A stretch of DNA of 64,000 nucleotides from Candidatus Versatilivorator sp. (GCA_965207735.1 OZ242296.1:3712001-3776000), one strand, 5' to 3'; counted from the first letter of the stretch, positions 40,285-50,597 are shown. Program-made: numbers and translations. The notes: generated from the letters alone by a model not told the origin.

Positions 40285-43200
40285 TCACTCCTTGGTGATG
40301 GTTTCATCGAGGTTCAAAATCAGGCTGGCGACGGCCGTGTAGGCAGCTACCTCGCGGGGGTCCAATCCCTTGGGGGCCGGGGATTCTCCCGTGTCCACCA
40401 GCTCCCTGGCCGCCTTGCGGTCGGAACGATAGGAGGCGAGATGGGCTTCCAGGCTTTCCAGCAGGATCTCTCCTTCCTCGGCAGTCGGCCGGCGGGAGGT
40501 AGCCAGGCGAAAGGCCCGGGCGATCCGGTCCGAGTGGGATCGGCTCTCCGGCTCGGACAGCACCCGCTGAGCCAGCCCGCGCGCGGCCTCCACAAAGGTG
40601 ACGTCGTTCATCAGGTTGAGGGCCTGCAAGGGGGTGTTGGTCCGGCTGACCCGCACGGTGCACATCTCGCGGGCGGCGGCGTCGAAATTCAGCATGGAGG
40701 GTGGTGCGATGGTACGCTTCCAGAAGGTGTAGAGGCTCCGGCGGTAGAGATCTTCCCCGGTGCTCTGGTTGTAGGCAATATCCCCGGCCAGTTCCTCCCA
40801 GAGCCCCTCCGGCTGATAAGGCTTGACCGAGGGGCCGCCCAGCCTTTCCACCAGCAGTCCCCCCACGAACAGGGCCTGATCTCGAATCGCCTGGGCCGAA
40901 AGCCGCTGGCGGGGACCTCGCGCCAACAGGAGGTTTTCCGGGTCTCTGGCCAGCAGTTCCGGGATGGCTCGGGAGGACTGGCGATAGGTGGCGCTCATGA
41001 CCATGGTCTTCTGCAGGGACTTGAGATCCCAACCGGTTCTCACGAACTCGGTGGCCAGCCAGTCCAGCAGGGCGGGATGAGTCGGCCGTTCGCCCTGGGA
41101 GCCAAAGTCCTCGACGGTACGAACCAGTCCCTGGCCGAAGAGCCTTTGCCAGTATCGATTGACCACCACTCTGGGAGTCAGGGGGTTGCCGGGATTGACC
41201 AACCAGCGGGCAAGGTCCAGGCGATTCCGGAATTTTCCGTTGGAACCGCCGCTCAGGATTTCCGGAACGCCGGGACTGACCTTCTCACCGGGCTGGTCAT
41301 AGGCGCCTCGCAGCAGCATGAAGGTGTCCTTCGGTTCCTCCCGCTCCTGCATCACCATGGTGGTGGGAACCGTTTCCAAGAGAGCTGTTTTCTGCTTCTC
41401 GAGGTCCAGGATTCGGCGGTGGGCTTGGCGCACCGGCTTGGGCGCGTGCTTTTGCAGGAAGTAGGCGCGGAGCTTGTCGGTCTCGGCCATGCTTCTCCGA
41501 TCCGACGGTTTCCCAATGATGTCGTTGATTGCCGTCGATGTGGCCACCACCTTCACCTCGTGCGGCGGCAGGGCTCGATCATAGACTCTTACCTCGTCGA
41601 TCGACCCGTGGAAACGACTTCCGGCTCCTCCCCCCGAACCGATGCGAAAGGGTTCCTGGTTCTCGAAGGTGAGGTTCAAGTCATCCACCAGCACCTTGAA
41701 CTTCTCCGGCTTGCCGTCGACGTAAATCCTGATCGCCTTGGAGGTGCGGGACCCGTCGTAGGTCACCATCACGTGGTGCCACTGATTGGGGGCCAGAGTC
41801 CTCTCCGTCTCGACTCGGATGGAATCGTCCAGCCATCGCACCACCAGGTTGACGTGGATCTTGCCTTCCAGCAAAGCCACCCGATAGCCCTTTTCCTTTT
41901 CCAGTTCCAGGGTCCGCGAGACGATGGCGCCGCCATGCTCGCCCTCGGGGTAGATCCAGGCCCCCAGGGAGAAACGGTCGTAGAAGCCGAAGTTGCCGAG
42001 GTCTCCGGCATCGATGAAACGGCGGCCGTTGAAATTGCCGGCCTGACCGACCTTCCCCCGGGTGAATTCCGCCCGCCCGTCCTTGAAATCGGACTTCGAC
42101 TTTTTTCCTTTGGCGGATGCCGGGAGGGGACGCCGCCAACCGCGAGCCTTTCCATCCAGGGGAAAGTGTCCCAATAGGCCTTCCGCAATGGACCAGTGGA
42201 GCGGCCGGCGCTTCCTGAAGGAGGCTTCCCACTCCTGTTGGGCCCGGTCCAGCTCCGGTTCGAGAGCCTTGAAGTCCCGCTCGGCATGGTCCAGTTTCTC
42301 CTGCAACTCGGCAAGCTGTTTCTGTTGCGGGCGGGTGGGCGCCTTGATCATTGGAGGAGAATTGCCGTACTTGTAGACCTTGCCGCGCTCGGGGATGTTG
42401 TTGAAGAAGGCGTAGGTTCGATAAAACTCCTTCTGGCTGAAGGGGTCGTACTTGTGGTCGTGGCAGCGGGCGCAGCCCAGGGTCAGGCCCAGCCAGACAG
42501 TGGCGGTGGTCTCCACCCGGTCCACCACGTATTCGACGGCAAACTCGTCGGCGATGATGCCGCCCTCGCCGTTGCCGCGATGGTTGCGATTGAAGCCGGT
42601 GGCGATCCGCTGTTCCAGGGTGGCTTGGGGGAGCATGTCTCCGGCCAGTTGCTCCACGGTGAAGCGATCGAAGGGCATGTTGGCGTTAAAGGCCTCGATC
42701 ACCCAATCCCGCCAGCGCCACATGGTCCGCTCCCCATCGGTCTGATAGCCGTTGCTATCCGCATAACGGGCCGCGTCCAGCCAGCCCAGGGCCATGTGCT
42801 CGCCGTAGCGCGGGGACCGCAGCAGGCGGTCCACCACTTTCTCGTAGGCTCGGGGCGAATCGTCGGCCAGAAAGGCATCCACCTCTTCCGGCGTGGGGGG
42901 CAACCCGGTCAGGTCCAAGGTGACCCGGCGGATGAGAACCGTCTTGTCGGCCTGTCCGGAGGGGTCCAACTGCTCCTTCCGCAGTCGGTCCAGCACGAAG
43001 AAATCGATCGGGTTGCGGGTCCGGTTCTCATCGGCCACCTTGGGCAGCGGAGGACGTTCGGGGGGGATAAAGGACCAGTGCCGTTGCCAGCGGGCCCCCT
43101 GCTCGATCCACAAGCGGATGAGCTCCATCTCCTTTTTGTTCAGCTTGAGTCCCGAGTAAGCCGGAGGCATGCGGAGGGCCTCCTCCTCGGCGGTGATTCG

Positions 43201-43488
43201 CTTGAACATCTCGCTCCGCTCCGGGTCGCCGGGGACGATGGCGTGGTATCCGCCCAGGTCGGCGAAGGCTCCCTCCTCGGTGTCGAAGCGCAGTTCGGTG
43301 GTGCGGGCCGCCTCGTCGGGCCCGTGGCAGGCGTAGCAGCGGTCGGTCAGGAGGGGGCGAATGTCGCGGTCGAACTCAACCGCCGGCTGCTTGGGACTCT
43401 GCGCCCCGGCGGCTGTGCCCGCCCCCAGGACCAGGCCCGACACCATCGCAAGGAACCACTCCATCCTCCAGCCAGCCTTCCTTCTCAT
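40285..43488 (-). CDS. Planctomycete-type cytochrome c / DUF1549 / DUF1553 protein with inserted LamG-like domain
   Basis: CYACH and CARCH heme motifs; WLD.ARYADS.G, RVVVNRYWQ, NTPLQAL; central LamG-like segment (WHHV.VTYDG...IYVDG...F.GSIDEVRVY). Confidence 0.92.
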   Translation of the reverse strand: MRRKAGWRMEWFLAMVSGLVLGAGTAAGAQSPKQPAVEFDRDIRPLLTDRCYACHGPDEAARTTELRFDTEEGAFADLGGYHAIVPGDPERSEMFKRITAEEEALRMPPAYSGLKLNKKEMELIRLWIEQGARWQRHWSFIPPERPPLPKVADENRTRNPIDFFVLDRLRKEQLDPSGQADKTVLIRRVTLDLTGLPPTPEEVDAFLADDSPRAYEKVVDRLLRSPRYGEHMALGWLDAARYADSNGYQTDGERTMWRWRDWVIEAFNANMPFDRFTVEQLAGDMLPQATLEQRIATGFNRNHRGNGEGGIIADEFAVEYVVDRVETTATVWLGLTLGCARCHDHKYDPFSQKEFYRTYAFFNNIPERGKVYKYGNSPPMIKAPTRPQQKQLAELQEKLDHAERDFKALEPELDRAQQEWEASFRKRRPLHWSIAEGLLGHFPLDGKARGWRRPLPASAKGKKSKSDFKDGRAEFTRGKVGQAGNFNGRRFIDAGDLGNFGFYDRFSLGAWIYPEGEHGGAIVSRTLELEKEKGYRVALLEGKIHVNLVVRWLDDSIRVETERTLAPNQWHHVMVTYDGSRTSKAIRIYVDGKPEKFKVLVDDLNLTFENQEPFRIGSGGGAGSRFHGSIDEVRVYDRALPPHEVKVVATSTAINDIIGKPSDRRSMAETDKLRAYFLQKHAPKPVRQAHRRILDLEKQKTALLETVPTTMVMQEREEPKDTFMLLRGAYDQPGEKVSPGVPEILSGGSNGKFRNRLDLARWLVNPGNPLTPRVVVNRYWQRLFGQGLVRTVEDFGSQGERPTHPALLDWLATEFVRTGWDLKSLQKTMVMSATYRQSSRAIPELLARDPENLLLARGPRQRLSAQAIRDQALFVGGLLVERLGGPSVKPYQPEGLWEELAGDIAYNQSTGEDLYRRSLYTFWKRTIAPPSMLNFDAAAREMCTVRVSRTNTPLQALNLMNDVTFVEAARGLAQRVLSEPESRSHSDRIARAFRLATSRRPTAEEGEILLESLEAHLASYRSDRKAARELVDTGESPAPKGLDPREVAAYTAVASLILNLDETITKE

Positions 43489-43793
43489 GGATTGACCTCT
43501 CCGCAAGTATTCCTTGCCGGCAGGGCTTTCGGTTCTTCCAGCCGCCCGGCTGTTGTGCTGCCACCGGTGCGGCCAATGGTTGCATCCTGGCGCTGGCAAG
43601 GTGAACAAGCCGGTGGCGTTGATCCTTAAGTCTAGCGCTCTCGCTGGGCTCCCTCAACCCCAAATTGGGCGCGGATGAGGCCGCATGGTCGCTGCGGTTG
43701 ACTCGCCCCGGCAAGCGTGCTAGGTTCACAGCGCCCTTCCGGAAGCTTCCTTGTGTCACCCCAAATAATGAAACAAGAGGAGAGTGCCAAGCC

Positions 43794-44576
43794 ATGGAAA
43801 ATGCCAACAAGCTGAAGCAGAAGCTGCAGCAGGGTCAGTTCTGCCTGGGGGCGGGGATCAGCTTCAACGACGGAGCGATCACCGAAGCCCTCTGTCAGGT
43901 CTACGATTTCGCCTGGATCGATACCGAGCACAACGGGATGACCCTGGAGAGGGTCGAGGGACACATCGTGGCCACCCGGGTCACCGGAGCCACCGCGCTG
44001 GTGCGGGTTCCCTGGAACGATCCCGTGCTGGTCAAGCCCGTGCTGGACCTCGGCGCCGACGGGATCATATTTCCCATGATTCGAACCGCCGAGGACGTAC
44101 GCAACGCGGTGGCGGCCTGCCGTTACCCGCCCGAAGGGATTCGAGGCTACGGTCCCCGCCGTCCCACCAACTACACTCGGAGCGGCGGATCCGACTATTG
44201 CAGGAGAGCCAATCAATCGGTGTTGACGGTGGTCCAGATCGAGACGGCCGAGGCCGTCGAAAACCTGGATGACATTGTGGCCGTCCCCGGTCTGACCAGT
44301 GTGGTGATCGGTCCCAATGACCTTTCGGGCTCACTGGGGCATATGGCCAATCCCGGCCACCCGGAGGTGGTGAAAGTGATCGAGTCCATCATCGACAGGG
44401 TTCGTCGCAGCTCCGTCTACGTAGGGATCGCCATCGGCTCGGATCCGGAGCAGGGCATCCGGTGGATGGAGAAGGGGGTCCATTGGCTGCAATTCGGCGT
44501 GGACTTCGGCTTGATGGTTGAGAGAGCCGACCTGGTTTGCGGCATGGTTCGGGATCACGCCAAGGCCAGACAATAA
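43794..44576 (+). CDS. HpcH/HpaI class II aldolase
   Basis: IDTEH, LVRVP, LDLGA.G, YPP.G.RG, QIET..AVEN, IGPNDL. Confidence 0.92.
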   Translation: MENANKLKQKLQQGQFCLGAGISFNDGAITEALCQVYDFAWIDTEHNGMTLERVEGHIVATRVTGATALVRVPWNDPVLVKPVLDLGADGIIFPMIRTAEDVRNAVAACRYPPEGIRGYGPRRPTNYTRSGGSDYCRRANQSVLTVVQIETAEAVENLDDIVAVPGLTSVVIGPNDLSGSLGHMANPGHPEVVKVIESIIDRVRRSSVYVGIAIGSDPEQGIRWMEKGVHWLQFGVDFGLMVERADLVCGMVRDHAKARQ

Positions 44577-44602
44577 GGACAGCGCTGTTTGGGGCGGAAG
44601 TG

Positions 44603-45397
44603 ATGAGAGTCGATCTGAACGGTCAGGTCGCCCTGGTTACCGGGGGAGCTCAGGGCATCGGCCGGGCCATTGCGGAGTCGTTGGTGAACAACGGCGCCAG
44701 GGTGGCCAGCCTGGACGTTGACCGGGAAACCAATGAGCGCACGGCCCGGGAACTGAGCCATACGGGCGGGACCTGCCTGGCCCTGGAAGGGGACGTCTCG
44801 GATCGCAAGCAGATGGACCGGGCAATCGCGGATATCGAAGACCGGCTGGGCGGCCTGCAGATACTGGTCAACAACGCCGGCATCAACACCTTGAGCGACC
44901 GGGTTCCCATCCACCGTTTTTCCAGCCGGGACTGGGATCGGATCCTGAATATCGATCTGAACGGAGTCTTCGTGGCCAGCCAGGCCGCCATTCCGGTAAT
45001 GCTCAAGCATTCCGGAGGAAGGGTGGTCAACATCAGCTCGGTGGCGGGACTGGTTCCCCTGCGGCTGCAGAGCGCCTTCGTGGCCGCCAAGGCCGCAGTG
45101 ATCAATCTGACTCGCTCCATGGCCCTGGAACTGGGGCCGCAAGGCATCCTGGTCAATGCGGTGGCGCCCGGCTCCACCCTGACTCAAGGAACCGAAGCCC
45201 TCTTTTATGGGCCGGACGGGGCCTACTCGGAAAACGCCGCCAGCCTGATCTCTCACATTCCCCTGGGCCGCCCGGCCCGGGTCGAGGAGATCGCCCATGC
45301 CGTCCTCTTCCTGGTGGCCCCGGAAGCCAGCTACGTGAACGGTGCCGTGCTGGTGGTCGACGGCGGATGGACGGCCGGCTACCACCGGGAGTGGTGA
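44603..45397 (+). CDS. SDR family oxidoreductase
   Basis: TGGAQGIG, NNAG, NISS, VNAVAPG, VDGG; the catalytic motif reads FVAAK. Confidence 0.9.
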   Translation: MRVDLNGQVALVTGGAQGIGRAIAESLVNNGARVASLDVDRETNERTARELSHTGGTCLALEGDVSDRKQMDRAIADIEDRLGGLQILVNNAGINTLSDRVPIHRFSSRDWDRILNIDLNGVFVASQAAIPVMLKHSGGRVVNISSVAGLVPLRLQSAFVAAKAAVINLTRSMALELGPQGILVNAVAPGSTLTQGTEALFYGPDGAYSENAASLISHIPLGRPARVEEIAHAVLFLVAPEASYVNGAVLVVDGGWTAGYHREW

Positions 45398-45497
45398 TCC
45401 CTCTCGGTGTGTTGTTATGACTCACGGCATGCCCTCACTTCTAACAGGGGAGCCGTGGGCGTAGAGGCTGCGATCTTGACCTGCGGAGGTAACCGCC

Positions 45498-46265
45498 ATG
45501 GCCGCTGACTGGGTGCTGGGTCTGGAACAGAATGCCGATCGCGAGGTCGTCTCCGGGTCCCCGCCGGAACTAGCTGCTGCCGTCCGGCGGGGCGCCGACC
45601 TTCGCCTTTACCTCACCACCGATCACTATGAAGAGACCCTCTATTTTCAGCAGACCTATGCCGGGGAAGGCGACGCCTTTGCCGGACTCATGACCCATCA
45701 CCACTCCCTGGTGCATCGCGGGAAGCTCGCCGAGCAGCCCTACTTCTGCCTGTTCAAATATGACCTCTCCGGCCGTTTTTCCCTCCTCAAGTGGATGTTG
45801 GACAATCGGACTCTCGACGAGAGCGCCGACTATCCCTATGGCGTCTACCGTTGGTTTTTTTGCGACCGCTGGAGGCTGGTCTACGAGCACGATGCCGGCG
45901 GTCAGCCCCTGTTCGGCGATCTGGAAGAACTGAAGGAACTGGCCAGGCGGGGACGGACGCTGCAGGTGGGCATCCGGCAACTCTTCGGACTGGGGCGCGA
46001 TGACCTCCAGGGTCCCGAGCACATCTCTTTCGTGAGCACCATGCAACCGGTGATCCAGGATGGCCAGGTACTGTCCAACTGCGATCTGGTGGTGGCCGGA
46101 CCGCCCCGATGGCCGTTCACCTGGAAGGACGGCCTCCACCTCTGCGTCATGCGCCCTTCCACTTCAGGGGAGATCGAGTGCTATCTCACCGAGCCCGGCA
46201 GGGTCCCCTTTCGCTGGACGGCGCCCCGCCGGAGCATGCAATGGATGGTGGCCGAGCGGGTGTGA
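45498..46265 (+). CDS. Hypothetical protein with two-fold internal repeat
   Basis: GGAGG RBS; two copies of W...E.(N/D)A......G...EL....RRG..L. Confidence 0.8.
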   Translation: MAADWVLGLEQNADREVVSGSPPELAAAVRRGADLRLYLTTDHYEETLYFQQTYAGEGDAFAGLMTHHHSLVHRGKLAEQPYFCLFKYDLSGRFSLLKWMLDNRTLDESADYPYGVYRWFFCDRWRLVYEHDAGGQPLFGDLEELKELARRGRTLQVGIRQLFGLGRDDLQGPEHISFVSTMQPVIQDGQVLSNCDLVVAGPPRWPFTWKDGLHLCVMRPSTSGEIECYLTEPGRVPFRWTAPRRSMQWMVAERV

Positions 46266-46355
46266 CAATGAAAGATGCTCACTTGCCGGCTCGGGTGGGC
46301 GGCTTCGGGGATCAAACGCCCCGGGGCGCAAGCTCACTTCCCGCTCCGGGTCGGT

Positions 46356-47372
46356 TCAGGGCAGCCCCGTTTGCGCGGGCGGCAGATCCTCCATTGGGGC
46401 TTCCTCCCACTCCTCGGTCGCCTGAGCCTGCGACCGTGAGGAAACAAACAGGCGGGTCTGGCTTGCCAGGAACCAGAGCTTGAGTATCCACCGTCCCACC
46501 AGGTAGGTCTGACCGAGCGAGAAAGCCAGCAGGACCGTCGTCCAGGTGGACTGGTTGGGTCCCGGGGCCAGCCAGGCATAGGCCAGAAACCAGAGGAGGG
46601 AGGCGGCGAGCAGCAGCAGGTAGAGGCTCAGCACGGTGCGTCGCTGTTCCTTGACGAAACCCAGGGCTCGAAACAGCGCGGCCAGGACGCTGCGTCGCTC
46701 TTCCGCCACCAGAGAGATCCGGGCGTAGTCCAGCACCAGTTGGGTCATCAGGAACAACAGTCCCACCAAGGCGTAAGCCAGGATGGTGTAGATCAGAACC
46801 GTCCGCTCCACGGTGGTGTCCCGGGTGGCGGTTTCGATCCAGCCATGCAGGGGCTGCCCGATGCCCCGGAAGATTCCCCAGTAGAGCAGTCCCGAGATCA
46901 CCGAAAGGCGCAGGAACCTCCAGAAGAAGAGGCCTCCCCGGGCCAGAAACCTGGCGCGCGAGTGGGGCTCCCCCTCATCGGCGAATCGGCTGAGGATTCC
47001 CCCCAGCAGCAGGGACCAGGCCAGCACCATCAGAATAGCGGCCCCGACCACCATGGGGTCGACCTGGTGCAGCTTTCCGTCCAGCAGCCTCTCCAGGTTG
47101 CTTAGCACGGGGAGGATTCCCACCACCCAGGGCCCAAAGGTCTTTCCCAGTCCGGAACTGCCGGCGGCGAATTCCTCGTACCAGGCCAGGTCGAAGCCCT
47201 GGCGCAGGGCGTCTTCTACCAGACTGCCTTCAAAGGTGCCCTGCAGCAGGTGCTTCATGGCCAGGGTCAGGGGGAAAGCCACGACCAGAGTGGTCAGATA
47301 GACCCAGGCCAGCAGGGACGGCGTGCCCAGAACCAGCCTTAATCCGGAAAAAAAGTGCGTGCGCGCGTCCAT
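46356..47372 (-). CDS. Hypothetical polytopic membrane protein
   Basis: Several TM segments; directly downstream of the M1 peptidase gene. Confidence 0.8.
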   Translation of the reverse strand: MDARTHFFSGLRLVLGTPSLLAWVYLTTLVVAFPLTLAMKHLLQGTFEGSLVEDALRQGFDLAWYEEFAAGSSGLGKTFGPWVVGILPVLSNLERLLDGKLHQVDPMVVGAAILMVLAWSLLLGGILSRFADEGEPHSRARFLARGGLFFWRFLRLSVISGLLYWGIFRGIGQPLHGWIETATRDTTVERTVLIYTILAYALVGLLFLMTQLVLDYARISLVAEERRSVLAALFRALGFVKEQRRTVLSLYLLLLAASLLWFLAYAWLAPGPNQSTWTTVLLAFSLGQTYLVGRWILKLWFLASQTRLFVSSRSQAQATEEWEEAPMEDLPPAQTGLP

Positions 47373-47385
47373 GTGCGGCTGTCTC

Positions 47386-49521
47386 CTACATTAGAGCCAA
47401 GACGGTCTGGAAGTAGTCCTGGAGCCAGATCAGCCACTTGAGGGCCCATTTGGTGGCCGGCAGGTTGGCCTGAGGCTGCAGGCGGCGGCTGTTGTTGGTG
47501 AAGTCGACATCCAGGGGATTGGTCAACTCGGGGTCCACGGCGGCGTAGTCGAGCTTTGAGGGCTTGACCAGCCGGTAGAGCTTCCAGGGACGCTCGCCGT
47601 CCCACCGCGTTCTGAACTCCTCGCCGTCCGCGAATCGCAACAGGACGTCTTGAGGAAGAATGCCATCCCCGAGTCGCCGCAGCAGAACGGTCGTTTCGTA
47701 AAGGACAGACGTTTCTTCAGAGTCCTGGGAATCGGGTGTTTCCGCCAGCAGAAGAAACTGCCCGTCCTTGTCGACGTAGCCCCTGGTTTCCACTTTCACG
47801 CTGGAAACGGACTCGACGCTGTAGTCGAAGACCCGGTCCCGGTGAAAGACCTGCTCGAAGAAGGGGGTCAGATCCCGCCCTGAAACCTGATTGGCCACCC
47901 GGAAGAAATCGTCCGGGCCGGGGTGGCGGAAGCGGGAGTTCTCGAAGAATGTGGAGAGGATCCGCTTCAGGACATCCCATCCCAGGCGCCGCTCCAGGGC
48001 CAGCAGCCAGAGAGCGGTCTTGGTGTAACTGGTGGCTCCCGCGGTGGAGGGATGATAGAGGTAGGTGGGCAGGGCCTGGATTTCCCCGCGGGCTGCAGCC
48101 AGGAATCGATGCCGCCGGCTGTTCTGGATGCGCCCAGCCTGAATTTCGGGGGTCATGACCGGGAAGAAGCGCCGAAAGAAGCGGGTCACGTGGCCCCTTT
48201 TGCCGTAGGTCGCCTCGTAGACCCGGGCCGTGGCAAAGGTGTTGATGCCTTCGTCCAGCCAGGCGTGTTCGAATTCGTTGTTTCCCACCAGGCCGTACCA
48301 GAACTGGTGACCGGCTTCGTGGATGGTGACGCCTTCCGGAGCCCCGCCGCCCAGCGGGCTGAGATAGCGGGTTCCGCAGGTATAGAGGGTGGGGTACTCC
48401 ATGCCCCGAGCCCCGCTTCTCCATGCCGGATCCACCACCGTCAGGTGACCGTAGGGATACTCCCCGAACCAGAGGCCGTAGAGCTTCAAGGCCGCCTCGG
48501 TGGCGTGAAAATGGCGGCCCACCTGTCCCTGGTGCTCGGGCTGATAGAGCAGGCGAATGTCGACCGATTTGAGGCCGGGATGGTCGAAACGGCGGCGAAC
48601 CTCTCGATAATCCGGGCTGGTGGTCCAGACGAAGTCATGGACATTGTCTTGCTGGTAGCGGTGTGTGGAGGTGTCGTCGGCGTTATCGGTCACCCCAAGC
48701 TGCACGCCGGTGGCCCCGACTTTCCATCCGGTGGGGACGGTCATGCGGACGTCGTAGTTCCCGTAGTCGGAAAAGAACTCGGTGGCGGCGTGGAACTGGT
48801 GGCAGTTCCAGGAACCATCGGCTTGAAAAACTCCCAGCTTGGGAAACCAGTGGGCAATGAAATAGAAATTGCCGCGGAAGCCGGTTCGAGCGAAGGTGCG
48901 AGGGATCTTGGCTTTCCAGTCGATGGAGACTCTGATGGTCTCTCCGGGTTGCACCGGCCGTTCCAGGGGAACCACCAGCACGGTTCGATCGTCCTTGTTG
49001 CCGTCGTCCGGGGAAGCGAAGTACATGGCCGAGGTGCGGTCCGATTCCTCGAACGGCCCGCCGGCCTCCACCCTCAGCGATTCTACTTGGCTGTAGCTCC
49101 AGTCTCCCGGACGTGGATTTCTCAGTGAGGAACGGGGCCGGGAGCGCAGGGAATCCTCCCGCAGCCAGGTGCTGCGGTTGTTCAGCCAGGCGTTCCAGTA
49201 GAGATGGAACCACAGCTCGTTGGCCGGCCTCCCGGTGGCGTTGCGCCATTCCACGACCTGGCTTGCCTCAAGCAGGCGTTTCTCGGGCAGGAGCTTGACC
49301 TGGATGGTGTAGCTGGAGGTCCTGGTTTCGGGCGGGGCCGGCTGGGCCTGGGCGCTCGAAAGGGAAAGGGCGGCCAGGGTGAACCAGGCCGCCAGCCGGG
49401 AGATTGGGAGGAGCCTCCGGAACCCGGGGGCGGAGGAGCCGGCTCTCAACCCTTCTGAATCCAGAGGGACGGGAACCGATTCCAGGGAACCGGTCGGTCG
49501 AGGGTCATTCATGTTCTTCAT
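47386..49521 (-). CDS. M1 family zinc metallopeptidase, exported
   Basis: GMEYP, HEAGH..., NEFEHAWLDEG, YTKTAL; signal-like segment. Confidence 0.9.
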   Translation of the reverse strand: MKNMNDPRPTGSLESVPVPLDSEGLRAGSSAPGFRRLLPISRLAAWFTLAALSLSSAQAQPAPPETRTSSYTIQVKLLPEKRLLEASQVVEWRNATGRPANELWFHLYWNAWLNNRSTWLREDSLRSRPRSSLRNPRPGDWSYSQVESLRVEAGGPFEESDRTSAMYFASPDDGNKDDRTVLVVPLERPVQPGETIRVSIDWKAKIPRTFARTGFRGNFYFIAHWFPKLGVFQADGSWNCHQFHAATEFFSDYGNYDVRMTVPTGWKVGATGVQLGVTDNADDTSTHRYQQDNVHDFVWTTSPDYREVRRRFDHPGLKSVDIRLLYQPEHQGQVGRHFHATEAALKLYGLWFGEYPYGHLTVVDPAWRSGARGMEYPTLYTCGTRYLSPLGGGAPEGVTIHEAGHQFWYGLVGNNEFEHAWLDEGINTFATARVYEATYGKRGHVTRFFRRFFPVMTPEIQAGRIQNSRRHRFLAAARGEIQALPTYLYHPSTAGATSYTKTALWLLALERRLGWDVLKRILSTFFENSRFRHPGPDDFFRVANQVSGRDLTPFFEQVFHRDRVFDYSVESVSSVKVETRGYVDKDGQFLLLAETPDSQDSEETSVLYETTVLLRRLGDGILPQDVLLRFADGEEFRTRWDGERPWKLYRLVKPSKLDYAAVDPELTNPLDVDFTNNSRRLQPQANLPATKWALKWLIWLQDYFQTVLALM

Positions 49522-50437
49522 AAAACCGAGGGAAGACTCTCAGGCAGATTTGCCGGAACCGGTCCACGTCACTCTGGGTGGCCGCACGGTAGGGAGGACG
49601 GCTGGAAAGCAGCTCCCCGGTCAGGAACCCGGTTGCCGCGGCGAAAGTGCGGTCGAAGGCGGTGTCGGTGAAGCCCTCCGGCAGGAGAGGCACCACGAAT
49701 TCCCGGGAGATGCGCTGCAGTCCCTGGCCGATCTCGACCGCCTCGGGATGGCCCTCTTCGCAGAGCTCAAAGTAGCGCAGCATCAGTTTGGGGCAGGCAT
49801 AGATCAGGGAGCTGTAGCAGCCGCGAACGCCGGCCTGCCACCAATCGGCCAGATTGTGTTCACCCACGAAGATCCTGAGCCGGGGAGCCAACTCCAGGAA
49901 GGCGGCAGCCTCTTCCGGACTATCGACTCCCTTGCACCCGATCAAGGGGAGGTCCTGATCCAGCAGGCGCTTCAGCAGGTCCGGGGTCAAGGGCTTCTTG
50001 GAACGGCCGGTATTGTAGAGAATCAATGGCATCCCGGGCGCCTGGCGGGTGACCTCCTTGAGAAATGCCGCAGCCTCGGCGTCGGACAGAGCCAGCCAGA
50101 AGGGAAAAGCCACCTGTATTCCGCCGGCTCCGATCTCTTGAGCAAACCGGGCCCGGCGAACGACCTCTGCCGTCCAGAGAGCGGTGCATCCGACCTGGGT
50201 GGGGGTTCCGAACGGGCGGCACTCCCCCACCGTGAGCCGCGCCACCTGTCGCCACTCCTCCGGCGTCTGGGCATAGAACTCTCCGGTGGTTCCGTGGGTG
50301 TATACCCCATGGGCGCCGGCCCGGCACGTCCGCCGGACGTTCTCCCGCAAGGCCTTCTCGTCCACCTGGTCCTGGGCGGTCCAGGGAACCGGCATGCCGG
50401 CCCACATTCCTTTCAAGGTGTCACTGGTCAATGGCAT
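49505..50437 (-). CDS. DHDPS/NAL family protein
   Basis: HGTTGEF, LILYNT, IGCKG; start ATG 50437 with AGGAGG RBS. Confidence 0.88.
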   Translation of the reverse strand: MPLTSDTLKGMWAGMPVPWTAQDQVDEKALRENVRRTCRAGAHGVYTHGTTGEFYAQTPEEWRQVARLTVGECRPFGTPTQVGCTALWTAEVVRRARFAQEIGAGGIQVAFPFWLALSDAEAAAFLKEVTRQAPGMPLILYNTGRSKKPLTPDLLKRLLDQDLPLIGCKGVDSPEEAAAFLELAPRLRIFVGEHNLADWWQAGVRGCYSSLIYACPKLMLRYFELCEEGHPEAVEIGQGLQRISREFVVPLLPEGFTDTAFDRTFAAATGFLTGELLSSRPPYRAATQSDVDRFRQICLRVFPRFYEEHE

Positions 50438-50597
50438 CGGCAACCTCCTAATTCCTGACGGGGCAAACAAAGGCTCCATTTTAAGGAGATCGGAATCGGT
50501 ACACCAGCGGGAAGTCAATCGGCCCCTCCAAATTGAGTTTCCCGAGGGCACTCTGGTACAATTTCTCGCCTTTGGACTGGAGGAGTCAACTTCGCTC

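Noticed and set aside
38701-42177. 1158-aa plus-strand ORF
   Set aside because: Antisense shadow of the DUF1501 and DUF1553 genes; no motifs; expected from GC-rich codon bias.
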